DNA from: a virus
IMG/VR virus record: IMGVR_UViG_3300023174_000057
Span: 102,765-166,764 of that record
Strand: one strand, 5' to 3'
Length of the DNA: 64,000 bases
Shown: positions 1 through 7,702 of the stretch, in pieces
Layout of the letters: every line of letters begins with the position of its first letter
Position numbering within the stretch: position 1 is the first letter of the stretch
Translations under genes and position numbers: made by a program
The notes under the pieces: generated by a model
The model's database searches: none
What the model saw: only the letters and a program-made list of their open reading frames with translations
What the model was told of the DNA's origin: nothing

Positions 1-14
1 CGCAGTCCGCGAAC

Positions 15-1022
15 GTGAAGGTTCGCGCCGCGATGGACAAGGACAAGGGCAAGACTGTCTCCACCGAGGTCCAGCAGGACGAGACGTTCGTCGGAAGTGC
101 CCGCAAAGCGAGCACCACGGACGGGGTGAAGATCGAGTCCAAGAAGTTCAACGCGACGGTCGTGAAGGACACCGAGGGTGACGGTCGCACGGTGGGTCCG
201 TCCACCAAGAAGACTGTCCCCACGGGCGGGGAGTCCTCCGAGGGGGAGACTGTCGCCAAGCTCAAGACCGCCGCTAAGAAGAGCTTCACGCTGGATGGCA
301 GCACCAGCATGAACGCGGACAGCGACGCGGGCACTGACGTGACGGGCGTGGTCGAGCACCTCAAGGGGGTCACCCCCAAGGTTACTTCCAGCGCCGACGA
401 CGATGAGATTTCCCGTGAGGGTCAGTCCAGCGATGGTGGCAAGGTCATCGCCAACGTGAAGACCGCCGCGAAGCGGAAGGTCACCCTCACGGACGTGAAC
501 TCCGTGGACCGAGAGATCAACAACCTCGACAACCGCACGAGGGCGGCACTCGCCCCCAAGGGCAAGCGAGACATCGCGGCCCTTGCGGGGGACACCCTTG
601 AGGAAGTGGTCCCGGCGAATGAGCCCGAGAACCGTGGGCGGATGCTGGCCGAGCAAGCCAAGGCGCAGCGTCTCGCGGCCCTCAAGGCCAAGGAGGCCCT
701 TCCCGTCGCGGAGATCGAAGCTGATGCTCCCGAGGAGGGTGACATCCCCGAGAACCACTGGAAGGCCCCCGTGAAGGCGGCGAACGCGACCCCCCCGGCG
801 AAGGTGGCGGCGAAGCCCCCCAAGTCGGTCGAGGATTTCGCCGTGAACGGCGACGAACTGGAGCTCGCCCCGGGCGTGAGGTGGAACAAGAAGCTCCACT
901 GGAAGACCCGTGTGAAGGAAGCCCTCCAGTACAGGGACCGTCCCGAGGTGCTCAACCTCATCCGGGGTTACGAGGTGCCGTCTGTGACCAAGGCCATCGA
1001 CGACGCCCTCGTGGCGAAGTGA
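15..1022 (+). CDS. Hypothetical phage protein, probably head-associated; true start may lie upstream of the window
   Basis: 335-aa ORF with genome-typical codon usage; repeated KTAAK segments. Confidence 0.6.
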   Translation: MKVRAAMDKDKGKTVSTEVQQDETFVGSARKASTTDGVKIESKKFNATVVKDTEGDGRTVGPSTKKTVPTGGESSEGETVAKLKTAAKKSFTLDGSTSMNADSDAGTDVTGVVEHLKGVTPKVTSSADDDEISREGQSSDGGKVIANVKTAAKRKVTLTDVNSVDREINNLDNRTRAALAPKGKRDIAALAGDTLEEVVPANEPENRGRMLAEQAKAQRLAALKAKEALPVAEIEADAPEEGDIPENHWKAPVKAANATPPAKVAAKPPKSVEDFAVNGDELELAPGVRWNKKLHWKTRVKEALQYRDRPEVLNLIRGYEVPSVTKAIDDALVAK

Positions 1023-1058
1023 TCACCGTTTTCTAGCCTTTCACGCGGGGGTTGAGAG

Positions 1059-1784
1059 ATGTCCTCCCCTCGCAAAGCCTCCAGCCAAGTGTCGTGGTCG
1101 CTCCTCACCGAAGGGGTGACGCAAGCCCGCATCGAGGCGCACCGGGTCCGCCTGTTGGTGGACCGTGCGATGACCCTCGTGGAGACTTCTGTTGCCAAGG
1201 ATCACCTCTGGCAGGTGGGAGGGGACATCATCCAAGGGCTCCCGCAGCGCCTCTCCGAGCTTGAGCGCGCCCTCGACCGCACGAACTACGCCCTCGTCGT
1301 GATGGGCGAGGAGTTCTTGCGGGGGCGCATCGGCATCGACGACCGCACCGAGGTGGACGAGGCCATCAAGACGCACCCCTACGCGGGCGTTCGTGAGAAG
1401 CAGGACTCCGTCGCGGCCCGTGTCGCCACCCGCTACCTCCGGGCGCAGTTCGGTGCCGGGGCGGCTCCGAGCGCCGAGCACTGGTTCTTCGACAACCCCG
1501 AGAAGCGTGAGACTCGCGAGTTCGCGGAGACCGGGGCGCTCTCCAACCTCCCCCCCACGGCTGCGAAGGCCGTGAAGGAGTTCGCGGCTCCCGACCGTTC
1601 GGTGAGCGAGGCCAAGCAGGAGGCCAAGATCGCCCCGCCGCCGCCCCTCAAGATCGAGAAGAAGCCGGGGGGGAAACAGTTCAGCACCCTCAACCGTTTC
1701 CTCGTCGAGACCGAGCAGCCCAAGGCGGGCAAGAAGGTCCCGCAGGGGCGTGAGGACATCCCCAAGGCCAAGAAGGTGCTCTGA
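1059..1784 (+). CDS. Hypothetical virion-associated protein with internal ARVATRYLRA tag
   Basis: 241-aa ORF; TGATG overlap with next gene. Confidence 0.7.
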   Translation: MSSPRKASSQVSWSLLTEGVTQARIEAHRVRLLVDRAMTLVETSVAKDHLWQVGGDIIQGLPQRLSELERALDRTNYALVVMGEEFLRGRIGIDDRTEVDEAIKTHPYAGVREKQDSVAARVATRYLRAQFGAGAAPSAEHWFFDNPEKRETREFAETGALSNLPPTAAKAVKEFAAPDRSVSEAKQEAKIAPPPPLKIEKKPGGKQFSTLNRFLVETEQPKAGKKVPQGREDIPKAKKVL

Positions 1785-2353
1785 TGCCCTCCTCGTCTGG
1801 CGAGCCCGATGACCTGTACGTCATCAAAGCTGGGGACAAGCTCACGGCCACGGCGGGACCGCTCATGCGTGCGTCCGGGTGGCGCGCGGGGCAGTGGGTC
1901 CGTTACGTCGAGCCCCAAGTCCCGCCCGTGTCCGAGTACACCGTCGAGAAGTCGGACGGGGTGATGGCGGCTGGGATTCTCATGTACGGGTCGGAAAACT
2001 ACTCCAACCCCCGCGTCTCGACCTACCGCAACTACACCAGCTACCAGAACGCCTCGTCGTTCATGGCGGTGAGCGCGGGCTCCAGCGTGGTGACGATCCT
2101 CGTGAACGGTGGGCGTTACCTCACGCTCATGTACGAGACGATCTCTCTCGACGCCTTCGGTGTGAGGGCTGGGCCTCCAGCGGTGTACACGATCAACGAG
2201 TTCCTCAAGGTCAGCGAGAACGGGCTCCTGTGCAACGACCCCGACGCGCTGCTACTCATTGCCACAGGGGGAACCGACGTGATCACGGCGGGCGTGTGCT
2301 CGCGCATCCCAACCCCCAACAACGCCCAACTGGGTCTGGACCTCAAGTTCTGA
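1784..2353 (+). CDS. Putative structural protein (decoration/cement-like)
   Basis: 189-aa beta-rich ORF, translationally coupled on both sides (TGATG). Confidence 0.5.
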   Translation: MPSSSGEPDDLYVIKAGDKLTATAGPLMRASGWRAGQWVRYVEPQVPPVSEYTVEKSDGVMAAGILMYGSENYSNPRVSTYRNYTSYQNASSFMAVSAGSSVVTILVNGGRYLTLMYETISLDAFGVRAGPPAVYTINEFLKVSENGLLCNDPDALLLIATGGTDVITAGVCSRIPTPNNAQLGLDLKF

Positions 2354-3906
2354 TGGCACGCACCCCGGACACCACAGAGCTCGTTGACCGAATCCTCGCC
2401 CGTGCGCGGATCGCGGACTACCGCGCTCCCGTGAACGAGTTGTCGGGTGTTCGCACCTACCCGAGCGAGAAGCCCAGCAAGGGGATCGAGACGCCCAGCG
2501 GGGACTCGATCCATCACTCTCCCGGTGAGTCCCCAAGGGCCGACCGCGACCGTGCGGCCCCGATGCGCCCCGGCCAGAAGGACGAGCTCCTCCAGAAGAC
2601 CCCCGCCAACGTGGTCTTCAACACCCCCGGCCCGTCGAGCCAGAACGACGGGCAGAAGATCCACGTCCGCACCCCCGGCGAGCGCGGTGAGGACTACGGC
2701 CACCCCTTCAAGCTGAACGTCACCCCTCGACGGACGGCATCTGGGATCTACCCCTCCTACAGCGAGAAGCAGCGCGATCAGAGGGGCAAGGCCAAGGTCT
2801 ACTACAAGCGGTACTACAAGCGCAACCGTGGGAAAATCAAGGCTCGCGCCAAGCGCAACTACCTCCACAAGAAGAACAGCCCGAGCTTCAAGCGGAACAA
2901 GAAGTACCGCAACAGCAAGCAGTACGGCTGGCGGTTCAATCGCATCCCGTCCCGTGGGTACCGAGACCCTGCTGACCGCTCGCGGGACTACCGGGAGGTC
3001 AAGCGGGCTACGGTGGCCATCCCGTTCTACCACCCAAACTACGGGGAGGGCTTGGTCCTCGACGTGAGGGACCAAGACGTTCTCATTGAGCAGACGGACT
3101 CGATGGGCGGGGTGTATCTTGGAATCGGCACGGTGCCGTTCTTCACGTTCCTGCGCGGCGTTGAGTTCGACGACGAGGCGTCCATTGATGCCTTCTTCGA
3201 CCTCGCAGACGCGGACTTCGACCGTGACGGCGGGGACGACGGTGAGTCTCAGCGCCTCGCGACGTTCTACCGGGAGACGTTCCGGCCCGGGGACAACCTC
3301 GACCCGGGGCAGGGCGCTCAGAACTTGGGCGAGCCGTCTCCCGTGAACCCCTCCCTCCCGTACTACGACACGGATCACAACAGCCGCAAACCGGGCGAGG
3401 TGATGAACAACATCGGCCCGACCGACAACAACCCGGGCTCTGCCAAGGTGATCCCAGAGGGCCACGACTTTGAGAACCGCAAGGCCAGCGCCGTGCGTGT
3501 CGCCGCGAAGATGGCCGAGATCCTCCAAGGGATGGACCCGGGTATTCGGTCACGCGCGCGAGGTGTCACACCCAAGATCAAGCGCAGTGATCCGGGCAAC
3601 GTAGTCTACTCGTTCACGGTGCCGGGGAGCAAGGGGGAGTCCTACACCGTGAAGGTGAAGGGCGTCCCTTCGGGCAACGTGCGGACAATCAGCAAGATGG
3701 ACTTGCGCCTGTCCTGCACCTGTAATTTCTGGCAGTGGCAGGGACCGGAGCACTGGGCCAAGGCGGGCGACTACCTGTTTGGCAAGCCCCTTGGAACGGC
3801 TTCGCGCCCCACGGAGAAAGACCCGGACGGTCGCAACCGCCTGTGCAAGCACGCCGTGGCGGTGCTGGACCTGATCGGTCGCTGGCCCGCAGCGGGGAAG
3901 CGGTAA
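2353..3906 (+). CDS. Multi-segment protein with a basic region and C-terminal SWIM-like zinc finger
   Basis: Start reassigned to ATG 2353 (TGATG overlap); SCTCNFW...LCKH motif; K/R/Y-rich central stretch. Confidence 0.7.
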   Translation: MARTPDTTELVDRILARARIADYRAPVNELSGVRTYPSEKPSKGIETPSGDSIHHSPGESPRADRDRAAPMRPGQKDELLQKTPANVVFNTPGPSSQNDGQKIHVRTPGERGEDYGHPFKLNVTPRRTASGIYPSYSEKQRDQRGKAKVYYKRYYKRNRGKIKARAKRNYLHKKNSPSFKRNKKYRNSKQYGWRFNRIPSRGYRDPADRSRDYREVKRATVAIPFYHPNYGEGLVLDVRDQDVLIEQTDSMGGVYLGIGTVPFFTFLRGVEFDDEASIDAFFDLADADFDRDGGDDGESQRLATFYRETFRPGDNLDPGQGAQNLGEPSPVNPSLPYYDTDHNSRKPGEVMNNIGPTDNNPGSAKVIPEGHDFENRKASAVRVAAKMAEILQGMDPGIRSRARGVTPKIKRSDPGNVVYSFTVPGSKGESYTVKVKGVPSGNVRTISKMDLRLSCTCNFWQWQGPEHWAKAGDYLFGKPLGTASRPTEKDPDGRNRLCKHAVAVLDLIGRWPAAGKR

Positions 3907-3915
3907 GGTCGCACC

Positions 3916-4296
3916 ATGCCAACGTACACCTACGTCTGCACGTCCTGCGAGAGCCCCTTTGAGCGGTTTCTCTCCATTACCCGATGCGACGAAGCACAGT
4001 CCTGTGAGTCGTGCGGCGCACCGGGGCGGAAGACCATCTCGATGCCCAACTTCATCTTGAAGGGGGATGGCTGGACGGGCAAGAACATCAAGGTCGCGGG
4101 TCAGATGGCCGCGAAGAACCGTATCCTCGACAAGAAGCAGGAAGAGCGCAAGCGGGACGCTCCCGGTGTGCGCCTCGCGCCCAACGTGGACGGAGAGCGG
4201 GTGGACAACTGGGCCGACGCCCAGAAGCTCGCGGCGTCGAAGGGCAAGAACACCGAGAGCTACGACGCCAAGGTGCGTGAGGAGAAGGCCAAGTGA
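3916..4296 (+). CDS. FmdB-family zinc-ribbon protein
   Basis: MPTYTYVCTSC...FE...CESCG...ISMPNFILKGDGW matches the FmdB-type pattern. Confidence 0.75.
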   Translation: MPTYTYVCTSCESPFERFLSITRCDEAQSCESCGAPGRKTISMPNFILKGDGWTGKNIKVAGQMAAKNRILDKKQEERKRDAPGVRLAPNVDGERVDNWADAQKLAASKGKNTESYDAKVREEKAK

Positions 4297-5042
4297 CCCG
4301 TCAGCGAGAAATCCCTTCGGTCCTGTACCGACAGCCCAACTACATCAACATGACCTACCCGATCCTCCCCGGGGTGCCCAAGATCCGGGTGTCTGGGGCG
4401 GCGCGTCTGAACGACGCCTACGGGAACGTCGCTGGCGTCGGCGGTGGCGGTGCCCTCCCCATGTTCGAGGTTCTCTCGGGAGCCACCTTCGCTTCGCCCA
4501 GCGTGCGCGCCAAGAAGGTCCCGTTTGAGGACACGAACCGGGGCGTGACCCGGATGATCTTCGACCCGGATGACTTCGCCACCCCGGCACAACCACCCGG
4601 CACGAGCTACCTCCCCACGGACGACCAGACGCTCTTCCTACGGGTCGAGACGTGGAACCCGGCACTGGGCGTGTGGAACCCGCCCGGTCCGATCACGATC
4701 ATCCCCCCCTACGACTTCTTCACCACCAAGGAGCCCGTGTTCACCGTGACAGGGTTGGCTCCCAACATGGCCCTCGGCGCGTGGCCCGCTGGACTGCCCG
4801 ACTTCATGCCCCCCTTGGTGATGAACTTCATGCTCCCGGCGTACAGCCAGACCATCTCGGTCGGCAACCTAGACGCGGGAAAGGTGCTGTTCACGGCGTT
4901 CCATCCCGGTATGCCCCCCACGGTGATCCTGCCCAGTACGGACATGGGTCTCACCGGGTCGGGCGTGCCTGAGTTCTTCGTCGGGTGCCCGGACGGGAAC
5001 ATCTGGTTCACGATCCGCATCGCCGTGGTCAACAGCGCCTAA
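4293..5042 (+). CDS. Hypothetical structural protein
   Basis: 249-aa ORF; GTGA overlap with upstream gene. Confidence 0.65.
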   Translation: MTRQREIPSVLYRQPNYINMTYPILPGVPKIRVSGAARLNDAYGNVAGVGGGGALPMFEVLSGATFASPSVRAKKVPFEDTNRGVTRMIFDPDDFATPAQPPGTSYLPTDDQTLFLRVETWNPALGVWNPPGPITIIPPYDFFTTKEPVFTVTGLAPNMALGAWPAGLPDFMPPLVMNFMLPAYSQTISVGNLDAGKVLFTAFHPGMPPTVILPSTDMGLTGSGVPEFFVGCPDGNIWFTIRIAVVNSA

Positions 5043-5197
5043 GCCTCGGGGGCGGACCTCACCGTCATCTACGAGTGACCGTTCGCCCGCCCGTTTTCTC
5101 TTCTATCCCGTCACCGTAGGTAGGGCGGATTTCGTTCCCCCGCATGGATTGATCCCCGCCATGACAGGCGGAAACGAAACGAAACAGGAGACTCCCA

Positions 5198-5878
5198 ATG
5201 CCGTTCATCTGCCTCGCCCGTACCGACATCCCCGACAGCACCCTTCAGGTCACGGACCTCTGGCCCAACAAGAGCCAGACCAACCCCGTGATCGACCCCC
5301 CGGCGGTCGGCCCGCTGTACATCAACGCGGTGACGACCGCGACCGTGACCCTTAGCGGCGCGTTCGCCTTCACCAAGGCCATCGCGGGTCTCGCCGCTTA
5401 CCTCGTCGCCAACGTGCAAGCGTTGGGCGCGGGCGGCGCGGCCCTCACCCCGACGCAAGCCAACGCGGCGGCGGCGGCGATCATCACCCGGATGCGCTCG
5501 GGTCTCCCCCTTGCTCTCGCGAACATCAACACCGTCCTCGTGGCGGCGGCGGGCGCGCTCACGGAGCTCACCGATGCGGGCGGCTCCGCCTCGACGGGTG
5601 TCGTGTCGGATGTCCTTCGCATCCTCGCGGGCATCGCCTACACCGTCCCGGCGGGCACCGACGTTGAGACGGCGGGCGTGTTCGCTCCGCAAGCGGGTGC
5701 GGCGGCGTGGAACGCGGCGAACTTCGCGGACCACAAGGACATCCTTCCGACGGACTCGTCGTTCTACCAGAGCCTCGCCTACGGCAAGATCGCTGGCTTC
5801 AAGGCCGCGACCTTCTCGTACGTCGGCGTGACGGGTGCGGCGATCACCGTGTATGACGACGCGGGCGGCGCGTACTAA
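5198..5878 (+). CDS. Putative virion structural protein (Ala/Thr-rich)
   Basis: AGGAG RBS, strong codon bias, promoter-like motif upstream at 5092. Confidence 0.7.
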   Translation: MPFICLARTDIPDSTLQVTDLWPNKSQTNPVIDPPAVGPLYINAVTTATVTLSGAFAFTKAIAGLAAYLVANVQALGAGGAALTPTQANAAAAAIITRMRSGLPLALANINTVLVAAAGALTELTDAGGSASTGVVSDVLRILAGIAYTVPAGTDVETAGVFAPQAGAAAWNAANFADHKDILPTDSSFYQSLAYGKIAGFKAATFSYVGVTGAAITVYDDAGGAY

Positions 5879-5890
5879 GGAAACAAGACC

Positions 5891-6370
5891 ATGACCGTCT
5901 ACGCAGCCATCGGGGCTACAACCGCTTCCGCGCTCGGTTCCGCCGGGGCCTCCCCCGTAGCGGGACCCCGCGAGCTCCTTCACTTCGGACAGCCCAACAT
6001 CGCGTTTGGTGACAACGCCACCCCCGCGCTCTCCACCCCGGTGCAGATCCCGTTCTGCGGCGTCGCCGCCGTGACGGTGGGCGTCGCGGCGCTCCGTCCG
6101 GGTTCGCTGGTGGGCCTCTCGGTCAACCTCTCGGGTGCCGCTGCGGGTAGCAGCGCCATCTTCGGCGTGTACAAGAACGGCGTGATCTTCAACGCCGCCA
6201 CCATCGTGACCCTCATCGCCACGGACACCAAGGAGCACATCGCCTTCGAGGCGGGCTCCTACCCATTCGTGGCGGGTGACGTGATCGACGTTCGCGTCCG
6301 CACGGGCTCGGGCTGGTCGGCCACCACGGTGGACGCCGCCGTCCTCGTCGAGATCCAGACCTCCACCTGA
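5891..6370 (+). CDS. Putative virion structural protein (beta-sandwich-like)
   Basis: TAAGGA RBS; 159-aa ORF with strong codon bias. Confidence 0.65.
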   Translation: MTVYAAIGATTASALGSAGASPVAGPRELLHFGQPNIAFGDNATPALSTPVQIPFCGVAAVTVGVAALRPGSLVGLSVNLSGAAAGSSAIFGVYKNGVIFNAATIVTLIATDTKEHIAFEAGSYPFVAGDVIDVRVRTGSGWSATTVDAAVLVEIQTST

Positions 6371-6422
6371 GATCCCCCGCCCCGCGCCATCACGGTAGGA
6401 AGGCTTTTACCCGCCTACCGCG

Positions 6423-6779
6423 ATGTCCACCGATGCCTACATCGGGAGCCCTTTCGTGTTCCAAGTTGGGTACTTGGACGACGCGGGTCAACCCATCACC
6501 GTTACGGGCGTGAACCTCACCCTGTTCGTGTTCGACGCGAACACAGGCGTTCGCACCACTCTGGTTTCGGCGGCACCTATGGCTCCTATCGTGCCGCCGA
6601 TGCCCAGCCGCTACTACTACGCCTATACGATCCCGCCTACGTTGGAAGACGGCACCCCGCTCTACGCGGAGTACCGAGCTACGAGCGTTCTCACGGGATT
6701 CGACGTGGTGGTTTCAGATACGCTGAACCTACACGCGAAGCCATCAGACCTCGGCCTACGCTCCCGGTTCGTGAGGTGA
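6423..6779 (+). CDS. Hypothetical protein (Ig-like beta-rich)
   Basis: 118-aa ORF coupled to next gene. Confidence 0.55.
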   Translation: MSTDAYIGSPFVFQVGYLDDAGQPITVTGVNLTLFVFDANTGVRTTLVSAAPMAPIVPPMPSRYYYAYTIPPTLEDGTPLYAEYRATSVLTGFDVVVSDTLNLHAKPSDLGLRSRFVR

Positions 6780-7015
6780 ACCCCGTGATCTGGCTCAAAG
6801 ACTTTCGTATGGCAGGGTTTCTCATTTCTCGCGGGTTCCCCATGTCCGACATGAGGCTGGACGCGCGTGGGGACGTTGAGATTTCCTTCAACGACGAGGA
6901 CCGCAAGGTTTCCGACTCCCTTCGCGAGTATCCGCAATCCGTGGAGTTCAAGTACGATACGTCTTGCAAGGTCGTCCACGACCTCATTCGTCTCAAACTC
7001 AGGAATGGGCGATGA
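6776..7015 (+). CDS. Small hypothetical protein
   Basis: GTGA overlap with GAGG RBS; 79 aa. Confidence 0.5.
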   Translation: MNPVIWLKDFRMAGFLISRGFPMSDMRLDARGDVEISFNDEDRKVSDSLREYPQSVEFKYDTSCKVVHDLIRLKLRNGR

Positions 7016-7530
7016 ACCGCAAACAGCGCCGCGCGGCGGAAAAGTCCGCTCGCCGGTATCCATTCAAAACGCAACGCACAGGGGAAAGAAAAGTCATGTC
7101 TCTCGCTCGCATCGAAGCCGACATCCTCGCCGCTCAAGAAGAGGGCAAAGCCGCCATCGCCAAGTACAACGACTACGCGAAGTCGGTGACCGAAGAAGTA
7201 CACAACCTGCTTCGCCAAGCGGGCCTGTTCGATGCGATCAATGCCCTTGAGATGGATCGACTGGAAGTCCGCAAAGAACTTCAAGCCAAGATCGAAGGGG
7301 TCAACGCGAAGATCTCAGAGCTTCAGAAGGTACGTTCTTACCTCGCGGCCCCCGCTCCCGAAGCCCCCGCCCGCGAGGAAGTCTCCGAGGAAGCCCACGA
7401 GGACGCCCCGGAAGTCACCCTCGTCGAAGAGCCCGCCGCCGAGAAGAAGACCCGCAAGAAGAAGACGGCACCCGCTCCCGAGGCACCCGCCCCTGTCGTC
7501 GCCCGAAAGCTCGAACGCCCCCAGTTCTGA
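7012..7530 (+). CDS. Coiled-coil hypothetical protein (start 7012 or 7096)
   Basis: Heptad-like helical region and acidic/Pro-rich tail. Confidence 0.6.
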   Translation: MNRKQRRAAEKSARRYPFKTQRTGERKVMSLARIEADILAAQEEGKAAIAKYNDYAKSVTEEVHNLLRQAGLFDAINALEMDRLEVRKELQAKIEGVNAKISELQKVRSYLAAPAPEAPAREEVSEEAHEDAPEVTLVEEPAAEKKTRKKKTAPAPEAPAPVVARKLERPQF

Positions 7531-7605
7531 TTCTTTCGGTTCCGCGCCTATACGAGCCCCCCTAGTGTAGATCCGACCCCCCGCGCCTCTTCTCCTATCA
7601 GGCCG

Positions 7606-7699
7606 GGACCATCCTATCAGTATCCCCCATCGCCCGAATGCTTCGGGTGGGGCTGGTAACTGATCCGACTACGACCCCTTCGCGGGTCTAGGATGGTCC
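7606..7699 (+). promoter_or_regulatory. Structured 5' leader with a multi-stem fold sequestering the RBS of the 7703 gene
   Basis: GGACCATCCTA (7606-7616) is the exact reverse complement of TAGGATGGTCC (7689-7699); nested stems inside. Confidence 0.55.
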
Positions 7700-7702
7700 A
7701 TC

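Noticed and set aside
1879-2352. N-terminal extension of the 675-aa ORF
   Set aside because: Overlaps the 1784-2353 gene; ATG 2353 at a TGATG junction is the better start
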